DNA of 63,868 bases, filler included, from Octopus bimaculoides (lineage: Eukaryota): NCBI RefSeq assembly GCF_001194135.2. It is 6 parts of 5 records of this genome, joined end to end, with 100 filler letters (N's around TTAATTAATTAA, not from the genome) between each part and the next. Parts side by side here need not be neighbours in the genome. Positions count along the whole stretch, not along the records: positions 22,076 to 28,388 come from NC_068998.1; positions 28,489 to 42,776 come from NC_069006.1; 4 more parts are not named here. The stretch is one strand, 5' to 3'. Under the pieces are notes generated by a model that was given only the letters and a program-made list of their open reading frames with translations, was not told the DNA's origin and made no database searches. This document shows positions 24,531 to 36,236 of this stretch, one piece after another (the first letter of the stretch is position 1; each line of letters starts with the position of its first letter). The position numbers were made by a program, and so were the translations under genes.

Positions 24531-24929
24531 CTTGAAGGAACTTCAACAGCACTACCAGTGTCCTTCATCATCATCATCATTTTTGTTCACCTATAGGCCA
24601 GAGACAGTCACATCATCATCATAGTTTAACGTCCGCTTTCCATGCTAGCATGGGTTGGACGATTTGACTGAGGACTGGTGAACCAGATGGCTACACCAGG
24701 CTCCAATCTGTTTTGGCAGAGTTTCTACAGCTGGATGCCCTTCGTAACACCAACCACTCTGAGAGTGTAGTGGGTGCTTTTACGTGCCACCAGCACGTAA
24801 GCCTGTTAGGCGGTACTGGCAATGGCCACACTTGAAATGGTGTATTTTACGTGCCACCTGCACAGGAGCCAGTCCAGCAGCACTGGCAACAATATAATAA
24901 CCCTTTTGCTCCATTTCTCTTCCTCGTAA

Positions 24930-25485
24930 CCATTGACTAACTCTTGGAGCAAACAGTGGGAAATTCAGACTTTGACTTTATCATCCCATCCTAGGCTGTC
25001 ACAAAAACATCCAGAAATACACCCAGACGATACCAAGTTTAACCATGGCATCAGTCTTCTAGAGTCAACAGGAGAATGTGTTCGTTCGTTCGTTAGCAAG
25101 AACTACTTCCACAGTAAAAGACCTTGGCCTTATTATTGTTAATGGTGTCAAGACTGAGAACATTTCCATCAACTGTAAATCCAATATTTTCCTGGGAATT
25201 TATTAGCAAAAAAATAGAAAAGATCAATGAATTCAAATATTTGGGATCTCGACTGTCAATTAGTGGAAGTGTGAGCCTGGCGCACATTCTGGGAACTGGG
25301 ACAAATTTGATAAATTTTCTTCATAATCAATATAATGTTTAAGATATTCAATAGTATGAGACTAATAATTCTTCCTTGGGTTGGATGGGAGTGTGGTATG
25401 GGTGTGTTGAAAAAATATGGAGAATGATAGAGACTCATTGAGAACATGGTATTGAAGAATAATGTTTGGTATATCAGATACAAAT
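24930..25485 (+). mobile_element. RTE-type LINE RT fragment, continuation after the SINE cluster
   Basis: PRLSQKHPE..KDLGL..NGVKTE..KIEKINEFKYLGSRL..FKIFNSM..GWECG..RIMFGIS. Confidence 0.8.
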
Positions 25486-25737
25486 ATAAATTTGCTTGAA
25501 TATGACTCTGTATCTGTCTATGTATATATATATGTGTGTGTGTGTGTAGATAGATAGATAGATACATACATACATACATACATGCATATATATATATATA
25601 TAGACAGATAGATAGATAAATAGATAGATAGAACTAGATTTAACTTGTATATAAGTGTGAACATTTGTATATGCACTGTGGATACATTGTGTTTGTACGG
25701 TATGTATAAAGGTTTATAACTATGTACTTTCAGTTAT

Positions 25738-25795
25738 GTCATACTGAGGACGGTAAAGTGGGATTACATCCCTAAACCAGAAATCGATCTATGGC
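25738..25795 (+). ncRNA. Minimal hammerhead ribozyme, intact core
   Basis: gtcata-CTGAGGA-cggt..gggat tac atccc..acca-GAAA-TCGA-TC-tatggc: 6 bp stem I, palindrome ATCGAT, AUC triplet. Confidence 0.8.
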
Positions 25796-26031
25796 TAAAC
25801 TTTCTAAAAAATCTTTTTTGTTCATTCCCTTGCTTTCAGCCCGTGTCTCTGTGATTGATGAGCTAGTTTTAGAGCCATTTGGCATCTTCTTCTAACATGT
25901 GGCATTACTCACTAGTTGCCGCCCTTATTTTAATTTTGTAATTATATTTATAAAATTAAATACTTGGTATTAATTTTTACGTGCTAGCTACTTGATAAAA
26001 TCGTATATAGATTTTATCCTTGATTATAATG

Positions 26032-26064
<33 letters not shown>

Positions 26065-26065
26065 T

Positions 26066-26226
26066 AGGCACAAGAGTGGCTGTGTGGTAAGTAGCTTGTT
26101 TATCAACCACATGGTTCTGGGTTTAGTCCCACTGTGTGGCACCTTGGGCAAGTGTCTTCTACTATAGCCTCGAGCCAACCAAATCCTTGTGAGTGGATTT
26201 GGTAGATGGAAACTGAAAGAAGCCTG

Positions 26227-26286
<60 letters not shown>

Positions 26287-26498
26287 TTGTTTGTGTCTGT
26301 GTTTGTTCCTCCACCATTGCTTGACAACCAATGCTGGTGTGTTTATGTCCCCGTAACTTAGCGGTTTGGCAAAAGAGACCAATAGAATAAGTACTAGGCT
26401 TACAAAGAATAAGTCCTGGGGTCGATTGGTTCAACTAAATGCGGTGCTCCAGCATGGCCGCAGTCAAATGATTGAAACAAGTAAAAGAATAAAAGAAT
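26066..26498 (+). mobile_element. Full-length SINE family C
   Basis: Collinear with 22515-22897. Confidence 0.9.
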
Positions 26499-27413
26499 AT
26501 TTACACATTTAACTGTGTATGTGTATACAGCACTATCCCAGACCTGTAAGCAGTACTGTAAAGATCTCTTCTACTATAGGCACAAGGCCAGCAATTGTGG
26601 CAGGACGGGAATAGTCAATTACATCAACACCAGTATTTGACTGGTACTTATTTTATTGACCCTGAAGGAAAATATTTCACTATGGCAGAATTTGAACTCA
26701 GAACATAAAGATTGATGAAATACTGTTAAGCATTTTGTTCAGTCAGTTTGTCACCTCAAGCAATACTGTAATGGTGATGTCTACAGACAAACATTAGCAG
26801 TTAAGGTTGAAGAGGATCCTTTATCTTTGAGATATTATTATTATTATTATTATTTTTGTTATGTCGTGAGGAAACAGCAAGAAATCATTGGAAATTGTGA
26901 AACCTAATATTTGGAGTTACAAAGTTCTCTTTTCCTTTGAATGATTTTGACATTGACAAAAGGGGTGTTGCAGTGCCACCTTCTGTGCCTCCAAGGCTGG
27001 TAGAAAAAAAGAGAGGAAGATATCTCCAAAACAGAAACAAGTTCTGAATGCTCACAATGCAGTGGGCGCCACTAAGGAGCACCCAAGGGTCAATGGTTGG
27101 GGTGTGGCAGTACAGGATTAAATTTGGCGATGGATTAAGTCCATCACTCAACAACAACATCAGTTTCATCCCAACAAGATTCCAAACGTTTTCCTTCTAC
27201 CAAATTCCAAACACAAAATTGGGCCGATGCAGAGCTATTGTGGAAACCGCCGGCCCAAGGTACCACGCAGTGATACTGAACCCAAAACCACATAATTCCA
27301 AAGTTGTTGCGTTATACGACAAGTCTGTTTCTATGCTACTTTGTTATCTATTGTACCTGTTTCTGATTGGAGGATATTTAAAAAATTGAAATTGATTTAA
27401 TTTATTAAGTCAG

Positions 27414-27528
27414 ATAACAAAGAGAATTACATCACATCTATGTCACTGCGATGACGTTAAGGAAATAATAAGATGGACATCGTTATTGTCAAGGTCACCG
27501 TATAAAGAAGTGGGATGGGGAGTTGACG
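27414..27528 (+). CDS. Candidate internal exon (ITKRITSHLCHCDDVKEIIRWTSLLSRSPYKEVGWGVD)
   Basis: Open phase-0 frame after ttattaagtcag; donor at 27529 (GTATAG) or 27510 (GTGGGA). Confidence 0.4.
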
Positions 27529-28137
27529 GTATAGGGTGTCAACTGTGATTGCTGGGATTAATTAACCTTGTGTAATTAAAACACGAAGGTTATAATGACA
27601 CTGGGAGTCTTGTTGATTGCTCATAATATGCTGATGGAGACAGGATCACTTATCTTCTCTCAATTTTACATAATTAATGACAAAAACTATAGTATGCCGA
27701 GGAAGTTAATGAAGGATAACGAGATGTTTAGTGTAATAATTTACTTAAATGAAAGTCAAATGTTTATTTGTTGGAATTTCATATTGTCTTTCATGTATTA
27801 ATGAGATTCCAGTCTAAGATTTGAATTTAGATTTGAACAATATTTTAATAAAATTGGTTTCAGTCAGGTTAGTTTTGAAAGGGTTAATTTATTAAAAGTT
27901 AATTTAACATTAATATAATCAGCTTCAAAATGGGAAAGAAATAAAAATTTAGAGCTGTAGTAATCCCATCAAAGTCTTCTCTCTTTCTCTGTTACACAAA
28001 CACACACACATATACATATATATATATATATACATATGTATGTATGTATGTATAGACACATACACATGCACACACATACACACACACTTGTCTGATAGTT
28101 GAGAGACCCTGTTTGTTTTGTTTTATTTTTTGGGATA

Positions 28138-28183
<46 letters not shown>

Positions 28184-28685
28184 TTAGGGACAAAATCCAA
28201 AATTACAGGTAAAAAACTCAATTAAAATCAATTTATAAAAAATTAAAATTAAATTGAGCCTTATAGATAAAGTATATATAAAATATATATAGTTTTAGGG
28301 AAAATAACCAATTTTCAAGAACTCATCGATGAAAATCCACTATCACATATAGAAAAATTAATAATTAAAAGCACAATAAATGAGTATANNNNNNNNNNNN
28401 NNNNNNNNNNNNNNNNNNNNNNNNNNNNNNNNTTAATTAATTAANNNNNNNNNNNNNNNNNNNNNNNNNNNNNNNNNNNNNNNNNNNNCCCGACTCCCTT
28501 CCAGCCACCAACCCACCTGGCTGTGACGTCAAAAGCAAGAGATTTGTCTATATTAATCCATTCTGGTTGGAATATTGCGAAAAGGAGTTTCACTGTTAAC
28601 CAAGGAACAACATCTCATTCAAGCCGTTCGTTTTAATTCACGAAAGAAAAATCCCACCATGGGGCGACACACTAAGACTAAACAG

Positions 28686-28734
28686 GAAGACTCCCGGGTT
28701 TCTTGCGCTATGTTCGCTTGCAATATTGTGACAG
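28686..28734 (+). CDS. Candidate internal exon (..EDSRVSCAMFACNIVT), 5' boundary uncertain
   Basis: Very strong donor CAG|GTAAGA in phase 1 matching exon 34596; possible acceptors at 28585, 28624 or 28686 are all weak. Confidence 0.35.
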
Positions 28735-29431
28735 GTAAGAAATATGTATGTATATGTATGACGTGTATGTGTGTGTATATATATATATATATGTGCGTGT
28801 GTATGTGTGTGTTTATGCGTATATGCAGATATGTATGCATGTATACGTAAATGTGTGTATGTGTAACTATGTGTGTGTCCATATGTATGCATGCACGCAC
28901 GCATGTTTTGTACTTGTTTCTCTGTGTATATGTATGTATGTATATACCCATATTTATACATAGTCATCCACACACATATATATGCACAATGATAAACTCA
29001 CGCGCAAACACGAACACACACACACACACACACACCTGTTTCGCTACACTTTTTATGTTCCTCTGTTTTGTTTTCTTTGAAATTTGATCGGAAAATATTG
29101 CTATTTTACATTCTGATAGAACGGAATATATTCTTGCAAACGTCTTCAAGGCGCAGATGAAATCTTAGAATATTGGGCAAAAATAGTCAAACTGATTCCA
29201 CCTCCGCCACCACCACCACAATACGCATACACCACTGACAGGTGTTTATGAGGACTATGTATATTGATGTGTGTATGTGTGTGTGTATATATATATAATT
29301 ATTGTTATGGTTTCTATAATCGTAGTGTATAGCAGTTTTCTCGTCTCCAGATATTTATATTCTGATGTAAGAATTGCCGAAATTAAGAATTTGGTATTTC
29401 GTTTGTTTTTAGAGAGAGAGAGAGAGAGAGA

Positions 29432-29467
<36 letters not shown>

Positions 29468-30439
29468 NNNNNNNNNNNNNNNNNNNNNNNNNNNNNNNNN
29501 NNNNNNNNNNNNNNNNNNNNNNNNNNNNNNNNNNNNNNNNNNNNNNNNNNNNNNNNNNNNNNNNNNNNNNNNNNNNNNNNNNNNNNNNNNNNNNNNNNNN
29601 NNNNNNNNNNNNNNNNNNNNNNNNNNNNNNNNNNNNNNNNNNNNNNNNNNNNNNNNNNNNNNNNNNNNNNNNNNNNNNNNNNNNNNNNNNNNNNNNNNNN
29701 NNNNNNNGAGTTATCATTAATGCTGATCTTTTCATTTCATTGCCGAAACTAATGTAAATGAATAAAAATTTGTTTTGACTCGCTACACAAAATTGTTTCG
29801 CCGCTACTTCACTATGTGCCCTTTTTGCAGAAGGCGTCCCTTCCTATGTGTCTAGACAAACATTTACGAAGTTACATATAGTTATACTGTTCCACGTTTT
29901 TAAAGACGTTCTTAAAGATTTGCTATTTGAGGGCCTTGAGTTTGCTATTTCTAGCCGATTGAATGGTGGCTGTGTTGTGACTCCATCGCATTCAAATCAC
30001 AATTGACAAACCACTTGAGAGAGTTGTGCCTGTTTCAACTGTTCTTTGATTTATTTTTAAAGGAATTTTCCACTCCCGTTTGTTTACTGATTTGTTTCTT
30101 TTCCAATATTCTCATCGTTGTTATTTTCATTGATATCGTCTTTATAATGCCCTCCCCGCCAATTCTATATTTCTTACTGAAACATCATGGTTTATCTCTC
30201 CTAAAGTGTTTCCTTTTAAATCTTCATATGTCTACACAAACAAATTCTTTTTACTCTCATATTACGCAATAACAACGTCTATGTTTTATTTACAATGGAC
30301 TGATATGTGTCCTCCCCTTCTTTGGTTGGCACAGTAAGGACTAAGGAAGATGCGAGATGCCTTAGGTTACGCAATGCAGCTTGATATCTAATAAGCCTAT
30401 ATCAGAAAAAACAACAACAATAATAATAATGATACTAAT

Positions 30440-30616
30440 AAGATCAGTGCAAGTGTGAAGATAGAACACCTACAAAAATCAGCATTGCTTGGAACTGCAA
30501 GAATTCTTCGCAGGCTTCTTGAAGCATGACCAGTAAACAAGTGTCTCCTTAGTCTGCTGGCTGTGGACAGCTGACACATTCCATCATACCCAGCAAAATA
30601 AGCTGTGAGTTTTCAT
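30440..30616 (+). mobile_element. 5'-truncated R4/Dong-like non-LTR element (ORF end plus 3' UTR)
   Basis: KISASVKIEHLQKSALLGTARILRRLLEA* is the typical C-terminus of RLE-clade elements; (TAA)n on both sides. Confidence 0.8.
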
Positions 30617-30632
30617 ATAATAATAATAATAA

Positions 30633-30792
30633 TCCTTCTGCTAAAGGCCTGAGATTTTGGGGGAGAGAATTGATTGCATTGACCCCAGTGCTCAACTGGT
30701 ACTTAATTTATCGACCTCGAAAGGATAAAAGGAAAAGTCGACCTCGGCGGAATTTCACCCGGCATGTTAACGAATCCGCCAGCACGCCGCCA
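30633..30792 (-). mobile_element. SINE family B
   Basis: aaagtcgacctcggcggaattt..gcacgccgcc end. Confidence 0.8.
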
Positions 30793-31586
30793 TAATAATA
30801 ATGTTTTCTAAAAGAGCTATATGGGCAAAAATTGAGAAAGTTTTTTTATGAATCTAAGGTGCCATTTGGTCTCCAAGAAGCTCTCGTTTCTTATTTTTAA
30901 AATTTAATCCTTGATACATGCAAACATATTCCAATGATCGATGTTCTGAAGGAACATAGATGCTCCGAATGCTGCTCGTCACAGATCAATGCTCGATTTT
31001 AATGAACCTTCCGATATTAGTCACGTGGAAATAATTACGCCATGCTGCACTTCTACTTTGTGCAGTGAATAACACACCAAACGAACGGTGAAAACAAGAA
31101 ACAATACATTTTTCAGTTTAGTTTTCTCGTAGTTTCATTGAAGTCTGCCAAAACAAGAACGTGCCTCTTAGTAATCTCTACGTTGTCTTCCACATTAATG
31201 TTCGTTTATTCGGCAGTTTTAACACTCACTTAACTAACGCTTTTTTTTCTTTCTTTCTTTTTTTTTTTTTTTTTTTTTTTTTTTNNNNNNNNNNNNNNNN
31301 NNNNNNNNNNNNNNNNNNNNNNNNNNNNNNNNNNNNNNNNNNNNNNNNNNNNNNNNNNNNNNNNNNNNNNNNNNNNNNNNNNNNNNNNNNNNNNNNNNNN
31401 NNNNNNNNNNNNNNNNNNNNNNNNNNNNNNNNNNNNNNNNNNNNNNNNNNNNNNNNNNNNNNNNNNNNNNNNNNNCCCCCCCCCTACCCACCCAAGACCT
31501 CCAAACGTTTTTAAACACACAATTATATTGTTTCATGTTTGGAGTAATATTTAAAATGAAATTTAATGATATGATCGGTAAATGTG

Positions 31587-32045
31587 AAAGAGCGTGGCCT
31601 AATGGTTAGGGAGTTGCACTCACGATCGCTAAATCGCGAGTTCGATTCTCAGACCAGGCAGCAACGTTATGTTCTTGATCAAAACACATTTCACATTGCT
31701 CTGTGGCTGGGAAAGTGGAAGAATCGTTGTTGCGTCGGTAGAGATGCGGTACAATAGATATTCCGGCTCTCTACATATTCTCACAAGGCTTTGGTTGACC
31801 CGCGGCTATAGTAGAAGACATTTGCCCTACGGTACAATGCAGTGGGACTGAACCCTGAACAGTGTGGTTGGAAAGCAAACATCCTACCATACAGTCATGC
31901 AAAATGGATTAAACTCGATTCGACCCCAAATGGATGAAAGGCAAAGTCGACCTCAGCGGAATTTGAACTCAGAACGTAACGGTAGACGAAATACCGCTTA
32001 ACATTTCGCCCGGCGCGCTAACGCTTCTACCAGCTCGGTGCCTTG
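31587..32045. mobile_element. Mosaic of SINE pieces (family E head +, family C head -, family B -)
   Basis: tggcctaatggttagg..gagttcgattc head, then reverse-complement C and B motifs. Confidence 0.75.
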
Positions 32046-32837
32046 TTTTATAGATTCCTGCAACGAAGTTACTTTGGAAAAGATTTCCTCCCTCCCTCAC
32101 AGGAATGGCACGGATGAACAATCAAAAGGGATTTGCTGTTTCATCTTGTGGTTTTTGATATCCAGTTAATTCGTTAAAAAAAATATCTCTACAAAGACGA
32201 CATGGATTTAGAAAAGCTCCTAATGAATTTGGTTCATGAAATCAATCAGTTTTAGTCTTGACACGAGGTCAGAGATGATGAGAGAGGGTCTCAAGTCGAT
32301 TTAATCAACGTCAACCCTTGACGGATATTATGTTTTATTGGCTCTGAAATGTTGAAAGTCAATCACAGATGGAAAATATCATCTGTAAATTATTTCATAA
32401 AACAGAAACAACCAACAGAAAATTAAAAATACGAATTATAGCGTCCGTTTCCAAAACCCTTTTTTATTCCGTTTCCATTGTCTTCGCTTCTACTTAGGTT
32501 TTATTTATTCATTTTTTGGTCTTATCACACTTTTGCTATACGTGTTTTACCTCTATTTGTTTTTTTTAAATTCATCTCTTTCCACATTGAGTTTGTTGTA
32601 AGAACTACCGTTTTCATTTCTTTTATTATTTTTTTGTTAAATTCTATATTTTATAGATTTATGAATTTATATTTTTTTCATATGTTGTGTGTGTGTGGAC
32701 AGGAAACGAGATAGAGAGACAGGTAGGTACTACATAGGTACTACATATATCATACTTTGACACTGTATGGACTGAGATCCCATCGACAGGCCACTCATAT
32801 TTAGAAATAAAGTGGCCTCTCTCTAGCAAGAGAGTTT

Positions 32838-32899
32838 TAGGGTCTGAAGAAACGCCGTAAAGCTAAGCGCTTTATGGACATGAAACCCAGGTAACCCTA
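32838..32899 (+). ncRNA. Minimal hammerhead ribozyme, intact core
   Basis: tagggt-CTGAAGA-aacg ccgtaaagc taagc gctttatgg acat-GAAA-cccagg-TA-acccta: 6 bp stem I, 9 bp upper stem II, GUA triplet. Confidence 0.88.
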
Positions 32900-33789
32900 T
32901 CAACCGGCCATATCTATCTTTATCTAAATAGCCTACTGCTCTATAACTTCGTTAGAGAGAGTACAGTCTTACAGTGGTATCGAAGTCAGAACCACACTCT
33001 TATGAACATAACTCGTTGCCTCCTCGCCCATTCCTGTTCTGTGCTTTGGACGTTCCTGAATGAATCACAAAATAATTCTTTTGTCCGTTCTGTTTTTTTT
33101 TTGTTTTTTTTTGCAGGCCTCCTCTCCTCCCACAAAATGTTCGCCCAGAAACAATTAGTTGGATTGATGTTTATGTGTGTCTGTCTCTCATTGATTACTC
33201 ATGCTTACCCATGCGGAACGAATCCGCTCCAAGTCGTTCAAAAAATAGCCGATGCCAAAGGTAAGCAGTACTTTTCTCATTCACTCATAAACATTGTCGA
33301 TCTTTTTTTTGTTTTGTTTTTTATTGATCTGCTTCTGAAGCTGTTAATCGTTAATAGTTCCGTCTTTAAAGAATACATTTACATATAATGAATATTATGT
33401 AGAGATGAGGCAGCCAGCTGGTAGAGTCATTGGCACGCCGGGCAAAATGCTTAACGGCATTTTGTCGGTCTGAGTTCAAATTCCGCTGAGGTCGACTGTG
33501 TCTTTCAGCCTTTCGGTAAAAGTAGAAGTAATTAATGTCTTACAGCTGCTTCTGGGACATCCCAGGTGATGGGTCAACATCTCATGACCCGAGATACTCG
33601 TCCTGCCTTGGTTTTTGTTGTCCTTATTCCTCTAATATATACCTGCTAACTTGGAAGCCTACAACAGATCCTAGCTCCAGCCTCAGCTGTGAACTTGGAA
33701 CCTAATGGATGACCAATTATAGAATCTATGCCATGTACTTATTGGTTTAGATCAACAGTGAGCTAAGCCCTTCATATTCTTCATACAAA

Positions 33790-34250
33790 CTTTTAAGGCT
33801 TATGCATTTACAATCCAAGAACAGGAGATTGCTACAAAATACCTAGAAAAACATAAGAGCTCCAAGATGCAACCGAAAATGTAGATTATGTCATATTTTG
33901 TGACAGACATTACACATACGATTAGCAGCCGCCCCAAAATGCCATCAAGGTACCACTTCCATTTGCAACGTGACGCTAAAACAATATACAATGTCATTCG
34001 GAAAAAAGACCGTCCTGGAATAAATATAGAGAATCTCCCTGTCAGTGAATACATTAAAAAATATGAACACAAGGAGTACTGGTGGAATATTCCCATCAGA
34101 AACACCTATCAAATGTAAACATAATAGGCTGGAAAGACGAGTAAAACTAGAGACCAGCTGCCCTGTGAATGTCTGTTTGAAAATCAAAGCGAAATAAAAA
34201 AGATAATTTTGAACGACTGTTTCGAAACCTCCAGCGGATATGCGCCTTCG
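33790..34250 (+). mobile_element. R2/R4-type RLE non-LTR fragment (zinc knuckle and endonuclease region)
   Basis: CRLCHI..DITHTISS.PKM.SRY..AKTIYNVIRKKD..EYWWNIPIR.P.KCKHNR, with frameshifts. Confidence 0.8.
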
Positions 34251-34257
34251 GTCATTT

Positions 34258-34297
34258 AAGTCTGATGAATCGCCTAATGCGAAACCAATGGTCACTT
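34258..34297 (+). ncRNA. Minimal hammerhead ribozyme, intact core, weak stem II
   Basis: aagt-CTGATGA-atcgcctaatgc-GAAA-cca a tgg-TC-actt: canonical GUC triplet. Confidence 0.72.
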
Positions 34298-34595
34298 TGA
34301 CCAGCCATAACATTTAACTTCCTAATGGATAACCAAATGAGATAGATGAGTTAAAGAAAGCAGATACGTATATATTTGACAGTCCAAATGTCGTTATCAT
34401 ACACACGCCAGGACCGTTAAAATAAAGTCCCTATCAAATAGCGTGGCCAGTGGTATCGATTAACCCCACACCCTTCAAACTTTTGGCCTTGTGCCTAAAT
34501 CGAAAATCATTTCCAAAGCAGCAGTTTGTTTCTAGTACCGAACAATTACAATTCAGAAATACTGATTGTTGTGTGTGTGTGTTGTCTTCTTTTAG

Positions 34596-34791
34596 GTGTG
34601 ACCTACAAACAATTACTGTCCAACTTAGAATTCCGAAGACAAGTAAACTATCTGTATAAGAAATATGCCAGATGTGTTGGAATTGTTGAAACAGGTACTT
34701 ACAAGCGTTCAATGGAGCCCCAGTTGTTGCAAAGCAGTGAGAGTTCGATGATGGATCCAAGTAATTTCCAAGATCACGGAGACATATACCG
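34596..34791 (+). CDS. Penultimate exon (GVTYKQLLSNLEFRRQVNYLYKKY..FQDHGDIYR)
   Basis: Acceptor gttgtcttcttttag, 65 open codons, donor CCG|GTAGGT in phase 2; the frame stops immediately past the donor. Confidence 0.7.
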
Positions 34792-34876
34792 GTAGGTGTA
34801 GTCGTTGCTGTTATTAATGTTATTGAACACCATCAAGGGGGGAAAGTAAATGAAACAAGCCAAAATCAATTAAATA

Positions 34877-35170
34877 TTGTTGTTGTTTGTTCCTTCTCGA
34901 GCCATGCCTGGCTCATAAGGGCCGGCTTCCCGGTTCCATTAGCGTATAGGTTCCCCACCTGGACGGGACGCCCGTCTGTAGCAGGTGAGCTGTTAGATGC
35001 AGGAGGAAAGAGTGAGAGAAAGTTGTGGTGAAGGAGTCAGCAGAAGTTCCCCATTACCTTCTGAAAGAACCGCGTGGAGCTTAAGTTTGTCGCTCATAAA
35101 CACACACATCGCCCGGTCTGAGATTCGAACCCACAAGTCCGCTACTCTAACCACTAGGCCATGTGCCTCC
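34877..35170 (-). mobile_element. tRNA-derived SINE, family A variant
   Basis: Shares head and ccacaactttctctcactc core with 36780-37169 but has a different 3' part; (AAC)n tail. Confidence 0.85.
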
Positions 35171-35887
35171 AAATATCGTTATACAGTCAATAAAGCCCCA
35201 AATCCAGCCATTTTCACTTGTCGTCCTTATATGAATGAGGTTTCCACAAGTCAATACTGAATCGGTCTAGCTTTAAAGATTTCCGACTTGTGCCTACAAA
35301 TGTTTATCGACGAACTCAACGTTGTAAAAGTTGTGTTACTACATCGAACGTGATACAGTGGAAAGGAACGACCTAAGAATAAGTGTCTGGTTTCTTTGCA
35401 TGGCAAGATGTCTGCAAGACATAAAATGGACCGTTCAAATATCGATGGAAGTCAACGTATTCTGCAACTGGTTTCGTCTGTTTAGTCATAGTTGAAATCC
35501 TAATATTTCTCTCAATTTGGAAGGCAGCTTATTACAGGGAAGGATGGCTTCCACGTTTTTCAATAAAGTGGGAAAAGAAATGAAAGCCGCCTAAAAAAAA
35601 AAACCGAATCACTACCTCCCAGTCCTCTGATCAAACTGTCGGGCCAAGTAATGTTAATGAATTCTTTAACCAACAAGAATCATTTGTAGTCATTAAATCT
35701 AAACTAATTGGCGATTAGCTTTTTACTTATAGTCGTACCAAATTCGATCAGAGGGAACGTAGCCTTTTACATCTTTATTTTTCTATTCTAGAAAATAGAA
35801 ATAAGATAAAGACAACCAGTTGGGGGTTAGATATCAGAAAACAATTTTTCCAAGACGTTTACGTTTATTTCCATCTTATTTTTGCAG

Positions 35888-35978
35888 ACGATCTGACAGT
35901 TTTTACAAGAGAGCTTCATTACTGAAACGTCCTCAAGACACAAACAATCCGGGACAACCTTTCTACTTCTACAAATGA
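35888..35978 (+). CDS. Terminal coding exon (RSDSFYKRASLLKRPQDTNNPGQPFYFYK*)
   Basis: Very strong acceptor tttatttccatcttatttttgcag, phase 2 joins 34791, TGA at 35976-35978. Confidence 0.7.
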
Positions 35979-36230
35979 ACAAGTCGTACTTTTGCCTTAA
36001 ATCTAACTAGTTTCCAAGGTAACAAGCCGGATGATGATGTTACTTTCGGAGGAAGTTCATTAATCATCTTCCTGTCCAACAACCATTCTTCGTTTAACAA
36101 GAAACTTTAAAATCGATTTACAAAACAACTGTAGGACTTCTTTTGTCAGAAATTTCACTGAAAAATAAAAACCAAGTTGGAAAGTTATTGTCTTTATTTC
36201 TATTTTATTGTTTCTTGTATTTATTAAAAC

Positions 36231-36236
36231 AATAAA
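36231..36236 (+). terminator. Candidate polyadenylation signal AATAAA
   Basis: About 250 nt after the stop and followed by a T-rich tract; a second AATAAA lies at 36164. Confidence 0.4.

Noticed and set aside
25734-25752. Micro-exon (LCHTED) with AG/GT ends
   Set aside because: Overlaps the hammerhead repeat, and its apparent partner exon at 25840 hits a stop.
29120-29240. Exon candidate NGIYSCKRLQGADEILEYWAKIVK
   Set aside because: No good donor before the stop and phase conflicts with the strong 28735 donor.
27414-34640. Resemblance of the predicted protein to cytidine deaminase or PH-domain motifs
   Set aside because: No HxE/PCxxC zinc motif and only a single-helix likeness; no name assigned.
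35624-35754. 9 bp inverted repeat cctctgatc/gatcagagg
   Set aside because: Too short; expected by chance at this spacing.
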